A DNA stretch of 64,000 nt, taken from Chlorobium phaeobacteroides (GTDB lineage Bacteria > Bacteroidota > Chlorobiia > Chlorobiales > Chlorobiaceae). The notes below the pieces were generated by a model, which worked only from the letters and a program-made list of their open reading frames with translations, was not told where the DNA came from and searched no databases. Below, piece by piece: positions 53,703 to 63,956 of the stretch (within the stretch, counting starts at the first letter, position 1; the number at the start of each line of letters is the position of its first letter). Position numbers and translations under genes: made by a program. The stretch lies in NCBI GenBank assembly GCA_016776555.1, contig JADHTF010000002.1, positions 63,857 through 127,856 on the forward strand. Direction: 5' to 3'.

Positions 53703-53810
53703 ACAACACATATCCTGTTACGCCGCATAAGCGGGGGAAGTTGTTCGGTGGTGTCCGGTGCGCATGTGCCGGATCCGTGCAATAGAGGCAGGATAGAGGA
53801 AAAACTGATA
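53703..53810 (+). promoter_or_regulatory. Structured rpsB leader (t44/S2-leader-like)
   Basis: Position upstream of rpsB; ACACA start, TATCCTG / CAGGATA closing stem, inner TCCGG / CCGGA stem. Confidence 0.5.
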
Positions 53811-53815
53811 GAGTT

Positions 53816-54598
53816 ATGCAGACACAGACAACTACGCGATTCCAGCTTGAGGACATGCTTCGTGCCGGTGTTCATTTCGGACATCTGGCAAGGCGGTGGT
53901 GTCCCAAGATGAAGCCGTACATCTTCATGGAGAAGAACGGCGTACACATTATCGATCTCAAGAAAACTCTGGTAATGGCCGAGGATGCGATGAAAGCTAT
54001 CGAGGCGATTGCCATGACAGGCAGAGAGATCATGTTTGTCGGTACAAAAAAACAGGCGAAAGCCATTATCTCCGCTGAGGCGGAACAGGCGGGGATGCCC
54101 TATGTTTCAGAGCGCTGGCTTGGCGGCATGCTTACCAACTTTTCGACTATCCGTCAGAGTATCCGCAGGATGAATTCGATCGATCGAATGGAAACCGACG
54201 GTACATTTGACATGATTACCAAGAAAGAGCGGCTGATGCTGGTTCGTGAAAAAGAGAAGCTGATGAGGATTCTCGGAGGTATAGCCACTATGACCAGGCT
54301 TCCCGCAGCTCTTTTTGTCGTCGATATCAAAAAAGAGCATATCGCAGTAAGAGAAGCCAGATCACTTGGAATCCCGATTTTTGCACTTGTCGATACCAAC
54401 TGTGATCCCGATGAGGTTGATTATGTGATTCCTGCCAATGATGACGCTATCCGTTCCATCCAGCTGATGGTAAAAGGCGTGGCTGAATCCATTGCCAACG
54501 CACGTCAGCAGCAGGCTGAGGAAGCTGCGATGGCAGAGATGGAAGAGGCGGTTGAAGATAATCAGGCTGCAGGAGACGAAGCAGCGGAAAAGGAGTAA
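53816..54598 (+). CDS. rpsB: 30S ribosomal protein S2
   Basis: [31 protein letters not shown]. Confidence 0.97.
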   Translation: MQTQTTTRFQLEDMLRAGVHFGHLARRWCPKMKPYIFMEKNGVHIIDLKKTLVMAEDAMKAIEAIAMTGREIMFVGTKKQAKAIISAEAEQAGMPYVSERWLGGMLTNFSTIRQSIRRMNSIDRMETDGTFDMITKKERLMLVREKEKLMRILGGIATMTRLPAALFVVDIKKEHIAVREARSLGIPIFALVDTNCDPDEVDYVIPANDDAIRSIQLMVKGVAESIANARQQQAEEAAMAEMEEAVEDNQAAGDEAAEKE

Positions 54599-54633
54599 TT
54601 AGTTAAGCGTATAAACTTATTGTATAAAAAGTA

Positions 54634-55500
54634 ATGAGCCAGATATCCGCAAAAGCAGTAAAAGAATTACGAGATAAAACCGGCGTTGGTATGATGGACT
54701 GTAAAAAAGCCCTGGATGAAAGCGGGGGTGATATGCAGAAAGCCGTTGAATACCTGCGTAAGAAAGGCGCTGCGCTTGCAGCCAAACGAGCAGAGCGTGA
54801 AGCCAGTGAGGGTGTTGTGATCGTCAAAATCAACGATGCCGCAGATACGGGAATTATTCTGGAACTGAACTGTGAAACCGACTTCGTGGCACGAGGCGAC
54901 GATTTTACCGGTTTTGCCGATACCATCGCTCAAACCGCACTTGACGGCAGTGTCGATTCGGCAGAGAAGATGATGGGCGTTTCTCTTGGTGAGGCCTACG
55001 ACGGTGAAAAGGTCGAAGACGCTATCAAGACCATGACAGGAAAACTCGGTGAAAAGATACAGCTCAAAAGACTGGCCTATGTCAGGTCGGAAGGTGGTCT
55101 TGTCGCCGGTTATGTGCATCCCGGATCAAAGCTCGGCTCCATAGTTGAGTTGTCAGGAGGCAACTCGGCAGAGGCGGTTGTTCTGGCAAAGGACATTGCC
55201 ATGCAGGTCGCTGCCGCGACACCTATTGTTGTAGACCGCTCCAGCGTTCCAGCCGAGTATATTGAAAAAGAAAAAGAGATCTATCGGCAGCAGGCTCTTG
55301 CCCAGGGAAAGCCTGAAAAATTTGTCGACAAGATCATTACAGGTCGTTTGGAAAAATACTTCCAGGAGGAGGTGCTGCTTGAACAGGCCTATATCAAGGA
55401 TAGCAACACCAAAGTATCGGATGTGCTGCATGAGTTCACGAAGCAGTATGATATGCCGATAACGGTTAACAGTTTCATTAGATATCAGTTAGGAGCGTAA
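54634..55500 (+). CDS. tsf: Elongation factor Ts
   Basis: [29 protein letters not shown]. Confidence 0.97.
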   Translation: MSQISAKAVKELRDKTGVGMMDCKKALDESGGDMQKAVEYLRKKGAALAAKRAEREASEGVVIVKINDAADTGIILELNCETDFVARGDDFTGFADTIAQTALDGSVDSAEKMMGVSLGEAYDGEKVEDAIKTMTGKLGEKIQLKRLAYVRSEGGLVAGYVHPGSKLGSIVELSGGNSAEAVVLAKDIAMQVAAATPIVVDRSSVPAEYIEKEKEIYRQQALAQGKPEKFVDKIITGRLEKYFQEEVLLEQAYIKDSNTKVSDVLHEFTKQYDMPITVNSFIRYQLGA

Positions 55501-55533
55501 ACAAAAAAGCCTCGTTGTTCGAGGCTTTTTTGT
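55501..55533 (+). terminator. Intrinsic terminator after tsf
   Basis: AAAAAAGCCTCG-TTGTT-CGAGGCTTTTTT. Confidence 0.85.
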
Positions 55534-55564
55534 TGTCCCGTAACCTGTTTCAGGAGATGCAGTC

Positions 55565-56284
55565 ATGTTACAGTATAAGCGTGTTCTTCTTAAATTAAGC
55601 GGTGAGTCACTGGCAGGGAGTGAAGGCTATGGTATTGATGCCGACATTATTGATCGTTATGCGGATGAAGTGAAGAAGGCGTTGTCACTTGGGGCTGAAG
55701 TGGCTCTTGTTATCGGCGGCGGCAACATATTTCGCGGTTTGTCAGCAGCCGCAACGGATATGGACAGGGTTCAGGCTGACCATATGGGTATGCTCGCAAC
55801 AGTGATCAACTCTCTTGCTTTTCAGGATGCGCTTGAGAGAAAAGGCGTCTTTACCCGCCTGATGAGCGCTATCAAGATGGAACAGGTTGCAGAGCCCTTT
55901 ATCCGCAGGCGTGCGATACGCCATCTTGAAAAAGGAAGAGTGGTTATTTTCGGCGCCGGTACCGGTAATCCTTACTTTACTACCGATACGGCCGCCTCCC
56001 TCCGGGCGGTGGAGATCGAAGCGGATCTCATTGTAAAAGCAACCCGTGTTGACGGTGTATACAGCTCGGATCCCGAGAAAGATCCGGCAGCTGAAATGTA
56101 CCGGACAATCTCCTATATAGACGTTCTCAAAAAGAACCTGAGGGTAATGGATCTGACTGCCATAACGCTGTGCAGAGAAAACCTGCTCCCTCTTGTGGTG
56201 ATGAACATGAACCAGGATGGCAATATCGTCCGGCTGCTGCAAGGTGAACAGATAGGAACGCTTGTCAATCAGGGAGACGAGTAA
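55565..56284 (+). CDS. pyrH: UMP kinase
   Basis: [25 protein letters not shown]. Confidence 0.96.
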   Translation: MLQYKRVLLKLSGESLAGSEGYGIDADIIDRYADEVKKALSLGAEVALVIGGGNIFRGLSAAATDMDRVQADHMGMLATVINSLAFQDALERKGVFTRLMSAIKMEQVAEPFIRRRAIRHLEKGRVVIFGAGTGNPYFTTDTAASLRAVEIEADLIVKATRVDGVYSSDPEKDPAAEMYRTISYIDVLKKNLRVMDLTAITLCRENLLPLVVMNMNQDGNIVRLLQGEQIGTLVNQGDE

Positions 56285-56416
56285 GGAAGTTAGAAGTAAG
56301 GTGGGAAATGAATAATGACTATTCACTCATTGCTCATTGCTCAGAACTGAAAACTCTCCCCGTCTTCCATTATTCAATATTCAATAGTCATTAGTTATTT
56401 TCCAGCTATCCAGCTA
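56285..56416. repeat. Degenerate 7/8-mer mosaic between convergent pyrH and recX
   Basis: Purine-rich units switch near 56320 to CTCATTG, ATTCAAT and TATCCAGC units. Confidence 0.65.
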
Positions 56417-56452
56417 TGTTTGCTTCATGAGATGGCGGGTTGGACAGGAACG

Positions 56453-56908
56453 TCAGGATCTGAAAATCTGGTCAAGAGTCTCACGGATCGAGTGACTGTC
56501 GAAGCCTCTGTTTGCAAGAAAAGCATACAATTTCTTTCGTTTGTAGTGATCGTCTCCCTTGAGAAAAGGGAATTTCTTCATGGCGGCGTCAAGGCAGTGA
56601 GCACTACTGTCATAGTCGCTGAGAATCTCGTCGATAATGGTTTCAGATATCCCTTTCTGAAACAGTTCATAGCGTAGTTTATATTTTCCGGAAGGTTTTT
56701 TTCTTGACCTGCTGCCTACAAAGTGTTCAGCAAAAGAGCGGTCATCGATCAGGCCGAGCTGGTCGAGCCTTTCGAGAGTTTTGTCGATTGCCGCCTCACT
56801 GAACTTGCGGCGCTCGAGTTTGGTTATGATTTCCTTCCGTGAATGCTCACGTTCGCCGAGTAAACGTATGGCAAGATCGAAAGCCTTCTTGTCGTCGGTA
56901 TCAGCCAT
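56453..56908 (-). CDS. recX: Regulatory protein RecX
   Basis: LL..REHS.KE, GLIDD..FA, EL.QKGI, L.NRGF. Confidence 0.9.
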   Translation of the reverse strand: MADTDDKKAFDLAIRLLGEREHSRKEIITKLERRKFSEAAIDKTLERLDQLGLIDDRSFAEHFVGSRSRKKPSGKYKLRYELFQKGISETIIDEILSDYDSSAHCLDAAMKKFPFLKGDDHYKRKKLYAFLANRGFDSHSIRETLDQIFRS

Positions 56909-56917
56909 AGCAGTTAT

Positions 56918-56987
56918 AGTAACGAGTGATTAGTGACCGGCAACCAGTGACCAGTGACGAGTAGCCAGTAGCCAGTAGTCAGTACTA
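56918..56987. repeat. Degenerate heptamer array (AGTGACC-type) x10
   Basis: AGTAACG AGTGATT AGTGACC GGCAACC AGTGACC AGTGACG AGTAGCC AGTAGCC AGTAGTC AGTACTA. Confidence 0.8.
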
Positions 56988-57021
56988 AGATGAAGATAGT
57001 CATGCCGCACCATCTCTGAAA

Positions 57022-57100
57022 GTCATGCCGCACTTGATGCGGCATCCATCTGCAGCCGCTTTTTCAAAGATTGGATTCCCGTGTCAAGCACGGGAATGAC
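57022..57100. repeat. Inverted REP-like doublet
   Basis: GTCATGCCGCACTTGATGCGGCATCCAT and TGGATTCCCGTGTCAAGCACGGGAATGAC. Confidence 0.85.
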
Positions 57101-57277
57101 CAGGAAAAGAGACACGCGAGTGACTGGAAGAGAGCGTCATGCGGCATCCATGAAAAAGAAAAAAAGGGAAAAGAAATGAAAGTGACCAGTAACGAGTGAC
57201 GAGAAAAAATACAAACTGGCTGGTTGGCTGGATAGCTCAATAGCTAAATAGCTGGATGGCCCCAAGATTACCAGATC

Positions 57278-57301
57278 GGGCGAAAGATTTTTCGCCCCTA
57301 C
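57278..57301 (-). repeat. GTAG-type REP
   Basis: Minus strand reads GTAG-GGGCGAAA-AATC-TTTCGCCC. Confidence 0.7.
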
Positions 57302-57342
57302 CAGTCTTCAGTCTTCCATTATTCAATAGTAAATAGTCATTC

Positions 57343-57542
57343 CCCATCCCACACTCATCGCTCAGCACTCAGCACTCAGTACTCAGAACTCCCACTCCCC
57401 ACTACCTCCATGCAATCCCTCACTATCCACTCTCCATTCTCCATTATCCATTTCCCATCCCACACTCATCGCTCATTGCTCAGCACTCAGTACTCAGAAC
57501 TCCCACTCCCCACTACCTCCATGCAATCCCTCACTATCCACT
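57343..57542. repeat. 89 bp direct duplication (period 111) built from heptamer modules
   Basis: 57343-57431 and 57454-57542 differ at 3 adjacent positions. Confidence 0.9.
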
Positions 57543-57736
57543 ATCCATTCTCCACTATCCACTATCCATTCTCCCCATTTCTGTGTTATTTCAAATGTAC
57601 GATAACAATAGGGAAAATAATGGAACTGTGGTAGTGCGGGGTTTTCTGGGTTGCAGGTTTTTACTATATTTCAAGTCTTTACATCTCGATATTTTTTATC
57701 TTCTTACGCTTTATCAGTCATTAGACGTTTATTTGT

Positions 57737-59854
57737 ATGCAAAACCTCTGGGAAGACACCGCTTGTAATGCTGTAGCGGAAGAGCTGGAAACTGTCACAC
57801 AGCTGCCCCGGGAACTTGCCGAACTGGTATATTCCTCCCGCCTGCTTGGCAGGGAAAACAGGCTTGTTATGCACGGAGGCGGTAATACGTCAGTTAAGTG
57901 CCAGCTTACCGATGTGATCGGCAACAAGGTAAATGTGCTTTTTATCAAGGGTAGCGGAGTGGATCTTGCCGATGTCACGGCGTATGATTTTACTCCTGTC
58001 AGGATAGAACCTCTCCAGAGATTGCTGCAGATGATACTTTCCGGAGGAAATCTTACTGACGAAGATCTCAAGAGGTTCTCCAACCAGGAACTGAAAAACT
58101 TTCTGTTTCTGAACCTTTTCAGCCTTACCGATCATATGGTGAAGAACGGGCTGACGCCTTCCATAGAGACCCTTTTACACGCGTTTCTTCCGCATAAATA
58201 CATCTTGCATACGCATTCTCAGGCACTGCTGACGCTTACCAATCAGCCGGATGGCGAGAAGCTCAGCAAAGATGTGCTTGGTGACAGGTTCGGTATTGTT
58301 CCCTACATGAGGCCGGGACTGGAGCTGGCGCGTTCAGCTGAAAAGGTCTATGCCGCTGACAGGGGCGTAACAGGACTGGTGCTTCTGAAACACGGGCTGG
58401 TAACCTTCGGGGAAACTTCGAAGGAGGCGTATGATCTGATGATCGGGGCTGTTTCAGATCTGGAGGAAAGAATTGGGCAACCCGGGCGGAAATCCTTTCC
58501 GTCGATTGCATTGCCGGGGGCGCTTTTTCCGCTCGAAAAAGTCGCTCCGGTAATAAGAGGGGCGTGTGTGACGGAAAAAACGCCGGACAGCAAGGATTAC
58601 GAGAGCTTTATTCTTGATTTCAGGTCATCTCCTGAGATTATGGAATATGTCAACAGCGCCGATCTGGAGCTTCTGGCCCGGAAGGGAAGCATGACGCCCG
58701 ATTTCATTATCCGGACAAAGAATATTCCTCTTGTTCTGCCTGTTCCCGATGCTTCTGACCCCGAAGGGTTCAGAAAGCGCGTGCATGAGGCTGTGAAAAA
58801 CTATACAAAAGAGTATACGGCATATTTTGAACGTCAGCAGGCCGCATCAGGTATTGAGGTGCAGATGCTTGATCCGTTACCGCGGGTTGTCCTTGTGCCC
58901 GGCCTCGGTCTGTTCGGTCTTGGCAAAACGCTCAGGGATGCGCGTGTCAATGCGGATATTGCCACATCTACCGCTGAAGCAGTGCTTCAGGCTGAATCGA
59001 TCGGTTGTTTCGAAACGATCCCGGAAAACGAGGTATTTGGAATTGAGTACTGGGATATGGAGCAGGCCAAGGTAAAGAAAGTGCGTCATGATGTTTTTGC
59101 AGGCAAGGTTGCCATGATTACCGGCGCGGCAGGGGCTATAGGTTTCGCTACCGCCAGGGCTTTCAGGGAGAGAGGGGCGGAAATAGCCATTCTTGATTTT
59201 GACGGTGAAAGCCTTGAAAAATCCGTAGAAAAACTCGGTCCGGATACGCTTGGAATCATTTGTGACGTGACCGACCGTTCATCCGTTTCTGATGCCTTCC
59301 GGAAGATCTGCGAAAGATTCGGCGGGATTGATATCGTGGTGTCCAATGTAGGCGCTGCTCTTCAGGGCAGGATCGGCGAGGTTTCTGACGACGTTCTCAG
59401 AAAGAGCTTCGAACTTAATTTTTTCTCTCATCAGTCGATTTCCCAGCAAGCGGTTGCTGTCATGAAGCTGCAGGGAATAGGCGGAAATCTGTTGTATAAC
59501 GTTTCCAAACAGGCGGTAAATCCGGGTCCCGATTTCGGGCCATATGGTCTTCCCAAAGCGGCGACTCTCTTTCTCCTTCGTCAGTATGCTCTTGATCACG
59601 GCCGGGACGGTATCCGGGCGAACGGTATCAATGCAGACAGGATCCGGAGCGGTTTGCTTGACGAGAAAATGATAGCTGCCCGTTCAACAGCAAGGGGGCT
59701 CAGCACCAGCGAGTATATGGCTGGTAATCTTCTCAAGCTTGAGGTAACCGCGGAAGATGTCGCCGATGCCTTTATTCATCTCGCGCTGGAAAAAAAGACG
59801 ACAGGTTCGATTACAACGGTAGATGGCGGCAACATCGCGGCCGCACTCAGGTGA
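57737..59854 (+). CDS. Bifunctional class II aldolase / short-chain dehydrogenase
   Basis: HGGGNTSVK, PSIETLLH, HTH, HGL; C-terminal TGAAGAIG, YGLPK, VDGG. Confidence 0.9.
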   Translation: MQNLWEDTACNAVAEELETVTQLPRELAELVYSSRLLGRENRLVMHGGGNTSVKCQLTDVIGNKVNVLFIKGSGVDLADVTAYDFTPVRIEPLQRLLQMILSGGNLTDEDLKRFSNQELKNFLFLNLFSLTDHMVKNGLTPSIETLLHAFLPHKYILHTHSQALLTLTNQPDGEKLSKDVLGDRFGIVPYMRPGLELARSAEKVYAADRGVTGLVLLKHGLVTFGETSKEAYDLMIGAVSDLEERIGQPGRKSFPSIALPGALFPLEKVAPVIRGACVTEKTPDSKDYESFILDFRSSPEIMEYVNSADLELLARKGSMTPDFIIRTKNIPLVLPVPDASDPEGFRKRVHEAVKNYTKEYTAYFERQQAASGIEVQMLDPLPRVVLVPGLGLFGLGKTLRDARVNADIATSTAEAVLQAESIGCFETIPENEVFGIEYWDMEQAKVKKVRHDVFAGKVAMITGAAGAIGFATARAFRERGAEIAILDFDGESLEKSVEKLGPDTLGIICDVTDRSSVSDAFRKICERFGGIDIVVSNVGAALQGRIGEVSDDVLRKSFELNFFSHQSISQQAVAVMKLQGIGGNLLYNVSKQAVNPGPDFGPYGLPKAATLFLLRQYALDHGRDGIRANGINADRIRSGLLDEKMIAARSTARGLSTSEYMAGNLLKLEVTAEDVADAFIHLALEKKTTGSITTVDGGNIAAALR

Positions 59855-59905
59855 ACAGGAACTCTTTACTCTACTATTATATAACGTTATAAGGAGAGCA
59901 TTACT

Positions 59906-60787
59906 ATGCCGGAAGCAGATCTGGGAAAACAGGAAAAGAATTATTTTACCGATGTCCCGGTAGATACTCACGGTTTCTTTCTCAAGGGTGCAAGCGCTCT
60001 GGACTGGGGAATGAAAAACCGTTTATCCAGGATTTTCAGGCCGGACACGGGAAAAACCGTCATGTTCGCTATCGATCACGGTTATTTTCAGGGCCCAACG
60101 ACCGGTCTTGAACGGGTTGATCTCAATATCGTGCCGCTTATGCAGTACTCGGACGCTATCATGCTGACGAGAGGTATCCTGCGGACAACGGTGCCGCCGA
60201 CGCTGACCAACGCTGTTGTCATGCGCAGCAGCGGAGGCCCGAGTATTCTCAAAGAACTATCCGATGAGCAGATAGCCGTCGATATTGAGGACGCTATCCG
60301 GATGAATGTTGCCGCGATTACCCTTCAGGTCTTTATCGGCGGGGAATACGAGACCCGTTCGATCCAGAACATGACAAAGCTGGTCGATTGGGGTTACCGC
60401 TACGGCATTCCGGTCATGGCTGTTACCGCTGTTGGAAAAGATATGGTACGTGATGCAAAGTACTTCCGTCTCGCTTGCAGGATGTGTGCGGAACTCGGCG
60501 CGCAGATCGTGAAAACCTACTATGTTCCTGAAGATTTTGACACCGTCGTTTCTTCCTGCCCTGTCCCGATTGTTATGGCCGGCGGAAAGAAACTTCCCGA
60601 GTATGATGCGTTGACCATGTCATACAGGGCGATTCAGGAAGGCGCCTCCGGAGTCGATATGGGAAGGAATATTTTTCAGAGCGACGCTCCGGTCGCGATG
60701 ATGAAAGCTGTCAATCGTATCGTTCATGAAAACATGACACCCGAAGAAGCATATGCATATTTCAACAGCATAAAGGCTGAAGGGTAA
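59906..60787 (+). CDS. lsrF: LsrF-like class I aldolase/thiolase (DeoC/FbaB family)
   Basis: [52 protein letters not shown]. Confidence 0.8.
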   Translation: MPEADLGKQEKNYFTDVPVDTHGFFLKGASALDWGMKNRLSRIFRPDTGKTVMFAIDHGYFQGPTTGLERVDLNIVPLMQYSDAIMLTRGILRTTVPPTLTNAVVMRSSGGPSILKELSDEQIAVDIEDAIRMNVAAITLQVFIGGEYETRSIQNMTKLVDWGYRYGIPVMAVTAVGKDMVRDAKYFRLACRMCAELGAQIVKTYYVPEDFDTVVSSCPVPIVMAGGKKLPEYDALTMSYRAIQEGASGVDMGRNIFQSDAPVAMMKAVNRIVHENMTPEEAYAYFNSIKAEG

Positions 60788-60851
60788 ACCGGATGACGAC
60801 GCTTGAGCTGCTTGAGCTGTTTTTACTAATACCTGCACTGAACGAAGTACT

Positions 60852-62138
60852 ATGAACGCGGAAGAGAGAAAAGGATTTTTTGCAGACAGGGATCAGCTGA
60901 ATATGGCTGACTATCTGGAACTTGAGTATTACCTTGAGTGTGTAGGTGATATCAGGACAGCGTTAGCTCATTTTTGCAGTGAGCAGTCAACAGCCCAGTG
61001 GAACAGGGTAGGTGTTGACGAAGACTTCAGGACGCTCTACGCGGCCAAGGTTCTTGGATGGCAGGTTCTCGAGGAACTCAAAGAGCTCAGCTATCCGGTT
61101 GAGCATGACGCTGTTGGTAAAATTCATGCCTGTCGGGTCACGATTGCCCATCCTCACAGGAATTTTGGGGCCAAACTGCCCAACCTCCTCACAGCGGTGT
61201 GCGGTGAAGGGACGTACTTCACTCCCGGGATTCCTCTTGTCAAGTTGCTGGATATCTCTTTTCCGGACTCCTACCTTGCGGAATTCGAAGGCCCGAAATT
61301 CGGCATCGAAGGCATTCGAGAGATGCTCGGAGCCTACAATCGACCGATTTTTTTCGGAGTGGTCAAGCCCAACATCGGGCTTTCTCCTGAATACTTTTCA
61401 GACCTAGCCTTTCAGAGCTGGCTGGGAGGGCTCGATATAGCAAAAGACGATGAGATGCTTGCCGATGTCGCATGGTCAACCACAAGTCGTCGTACAGAAC
61501 TTCTGGGCAAAGCTCGGGTTCTTGCTGAAAAAGAGACAGGTGATAAAAAAATCTATCTGGCCAACATAACCGATGAGGTTGACAAAATGATCGAGCAGCA
61601 TGATGTTACCGTGGCAAACGGAGCAAACGCGTTGCTGGTGAACGCGTTTCCTGTTGGGCTGAGTGCGGTGAGAATGCTTCGCAAACATACAAAAGTACCG
61701 CTGATAGGGCATTTTCCCTTTATAGCCGCGTTTTCCCGCCTTGAAAAGTACGGTATTCACTCAAAAGTTATCACAAAACTGCAGCGCCTTGCGGGTCTTG
61801 ATGCAATTATCATGCCCGGTTTCGGGAGTCGCATGATGACTCCTGAGCAGGAAGTTCGTGAAAATATCGAGGAGTGCCTGAATGAGATGGGTTCACTCAA
61901 GCGTTCACTGCCTGTTCCAGGCGGCAGCGATTCGGCGCTGACACTGGAGAACGTCTACCGTAAGGTCGGCAGCGTAGATTTCGGATTTGTTCCCGGAAGA
62001 GGGATTTTCGGCCACCCGATGGGTCCGAAAGCGGGCGCGTCAAGCATACGCCAGGCATGGGAGGCCATAGAACAGGGTGTCGAACTTGAAGCGTATGCAG
62101 AAACACGCCCTGAGCTCAAGGCAATGCTGGGTAAGTAG
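60852..62138 (+). CDS. RuBisCO-like protein (form IV)
   Basis: [31 protein letters not shown]; lacks several carboxylase residues. Confidence 0.92.
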   Translation: MNAEERKGFFADRDQLNMADYLELEYYLECVGDIRTALAHFCSEQSTAQWNRVGVDEDFRTLYAAKVLGWQVLEELKELSYPVEHDAVGKIHACRVTIAHPHRNFGAKLPNLLTAVCGEGTYFTPGIPLVKLLDISFPDSYLAEFEGPKFGIEGIREMLGAYNRPIFFGVVKPNIGLSPEYFSDLAFQSWLGGLDIAKDDEMLADVAWSTTSRRTELLGKARVLAEKETGDKKIYLANITDEVDKMIEQHDVTVANGANALLVNAFPVGLSAVRMLRKHTKVPLIGHFPFIAAFSRLEKYGIHSKVITKLQRLAGLDAIIMPGFGSRMMTPEQEVRENIEECLNEMGSLKRSLPVPGGSDSALTLENVYRKVGSVDFGFVPGRGIFGHPMGPKAGASSIRQAWEAIEQGVELEAYAETRPELKAMLGK

Positions 62139-62186
62139 GCGGCACCGTTGGTGCAGGTGAATCGTGATGAGTGATTTGTCATTCAT

Positions 62187-62214
62187 AGCCCCGCCAGTTC
62201 GGGGCTTGTTTTTT
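62187..62214 (+). terminator. Intrinsic terminator after the RLP gene
   Basis: AGCCCCG-CCAGTT-CGGGGCT followed by TGTTTTTT. Confidence 0.7.
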
Positions 62215-62238
62215 ATGGAAAATCTTGCATCTTTTAAT

Positions 62239-62316
62239 CTCGTTACTCGTTATTCGTTTCTCGTTACTTGTTACTCGTCACTTCTTCCTTTGCCTTTTCA
62301 CTTTTGACTTTACTTC
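62239..62316. repeat. Pyrimidine-rich degenerate heptamer array
   Basis: TCGTTAC TCGTTAT TCGTTTC TCGTTAC TTGTTAC TCGTCAC ... TTTCACT TTTGACT, ending at the SDR start. Confidence 0.75.
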
Positions 62317-62317
62317 T

Positions 62318-63142
62318 GTGGGAAAGCTCGACAACAAAGTTGCAATCATAACCGGTTCTACAAGAGGTATCGGCAAAGCTATCGCGGCTGCATTTGTCCG
62401 GGAAGGCGCTCGGGTTGTCATAACTTCAGGACGCAGGTCCAGCGTCGACAAGGCGTTGCAGGAATTTCCCGAAGAGAATGTCTACGGTCACGTATGTGAT
62501 GTATCGGACTATGACGAGGTAGAAAAACTGGTGATGTCAACCGTTGAAAAGTTTGGCGGACTTGACATCTTTATCAACAACGCGGGAATATCCGACACGT
62601 TTTATAACATTACCGACAGTGATCCCCGTGAGTGGGGCCGGATTATCGATACTAACCTGAAGGGGACATACTACGGATGCCGGGCGGCACTCAACTATTT
62701 TCTTGAGACAGGCCGGCCCGGCAGGATTATCAACATGGCCGGTTCAGGCACCGATAAAAAATCAAATACACCCTTTATCAGTGCGTACGGTTCATCGAAA
62801 GCAGCGATCGCACGATTCACCTTTGCCGTCGCGGAGGAATACCGGCAAACCCCTGTTTCCATCATGCTCCTGCATCCCGGTCTTGTCCGGACAGAAATGA
62901 TACAATCCGTTTTCCGGACGCAGGAAATGGAACGTCAGCAGAAAACCTTTCAGAAAATAAAAGATATCTTTTCCCAACCCCCATCTGTCGCGGCATCGCT
63001 GGCCGTGAAAATGTGCAGCGACACGGGTGGGTGCAAAAGCGGCGACTACCTGTCTGCACTTGACGGTAAACGAAAAAAATGGCTTCTGTTTTCCTATCCG
63101 TTTCGTAAACTGTTGAAGAAAATAGATTATTCAAGCTACTAA
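62318..63142 (+). CDS. SDR family oxidoreductase
   Basis: TGSTRGIG, NNAG, YGSSK, PGLVRT; GTG start at 62318. Confidence 0.9.
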   Translation: MGKLDNKVAIITGSTRGIGKAIAAAFVREGARVVITSGRRSSVDKALQEFPEENVYGHVCDVSDYDEVEKLVMSTVEKFGGLDIFINNAGISDTFYNITDSDPREWGRIIDTNLKGTYYGCRAALNYFLETGRPGRIINMAGSGTDKKSNTPFISAYGSSKAAIARFTFAVAEEYRQTPVSIMLLHPGLVRTEMIQSVFRTQEMERQQKTFQKIKDIFSQPPSVAASLAVKMCSDTGGCKSGDYLSALDGKRKKWLLFSYPFRKLLKKIDYSSY

Positions 63143-63405
63143 CCTGAATCATTCACCAAAGGAAGAAATAAAGGGAGTACAAGGACGGGAAACTTTCCCT
63201 TTTCTGTCATTCCCGTGCTTGACACGGGAATCCATCGTTGGTGCCAGGGTGTGCATGGATGCCGGATCAAGTCCGGCATGACTGTCTGTAGTTTTAAGCT
63301 TTTTACCGGTTTTCAGGAAGGGAGCCGGGTACATGATCGGCTCAATGTATATTTTATTTCTATAATTCGGGTTTTCGAACTCTCATGAATTATTCAAGCT
63401 ACTAA
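63126..63405. mobile_element. 246 bp insert bounded by a 17 bp perfect direct repeat, carrying a REP doublet
   Basis: ATTATTCAAGCTACTAA at 63126-63142 and 63389-63405; REPs at 63206-63235 and 63255-63282. Confidence 0.6.
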
Positions 63406-63407
63406 AC

Positions 63408-63938
63408 GTGTTTGAAACAGCTACTGCCATGGTTCGTTTGTCTCTCTCGGGAAGCATGCTGGTGATCCTTGTGCTGATGTTGCAGGGATGTTACAGTTTT
63501 TCAGGAGGATCACTTCCTCCTCACATCAGGACTGTCGCTGTTCCTTCATTTGAAGAGCGTTCCGGTGCAGGTGTCGCTCAGCTCGGTGCCGAGTTCACCG
63601 AAAAGCTCATCGACGCCATCGAGGCTCAAAGTTCTCTCGTTATCGAGTCTGAGAAAAGCAGGGCAGACGCAGTGGTTAACGCAGCGATAGTATCGTTCAG
63701 CGATGAGCCGAGCCAGATTGGTACCGATTCCGAGAGAGCGGTAACCAATCGGATCACCATTGTCATACGGGCCTCGTTTATCGATCAGGTAGAAAAAAAG
63801 CCGTTTTTTGACCGCACGTTATTTAACGGTTTTGACGATTATGCTGTCGGAGATTTCGTCGGTAAAGAGGAGGCTATCGACGACGTTGTCGATCAGATAG
63901 TCGATGATCTTTTTAACAGGATGATATCCTGCTGGTAG
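63408..63938 (+). CDS. LptE-family lipoprotein
   Basis: Lipobox LQGC followed by YSF; Bacteroidota/Chlorobi-style LptE architecture ending in W. Confidence 0.65.
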   Translation: MFETATAMVRLSLSGSMLVILVLMLQGCYSFSGGSLPPHIRTVAVPSFEERSGAGVAQLGAEFTEKLIDAIEAQSSLVIESEKSRADAVVNAAIVSFSDEPSQIGTDSERAVTNRITIVIRASFIDQVEKKPFFDRTLFNGFDDYAVGDFVGKEEAIDDVVDQIVDDLFNRMISCW

Positions 63939-63956
63939 GGGAAAAGCTTGGTTCAA

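Noticed and set aside
56285-56452. Missing frr after pyrH as a deletion scar
   Set aside because: No frr remnant is visible and gene order varies by lineage; no evidence of loss.
57343-57634. Possible CRISPR array or small ORFs in the 89 bp duplication
   Set aside because: Only two long copies, no repeat-spacer pattern, no cas genes; the ORFs are read-through of repeats.
60852-62138. Carboxylating RuBisCO / Calvin cycle
   Set aside because: Active-site substitutions, and no small subunit or phosphoribulokinase nearby; form IV.
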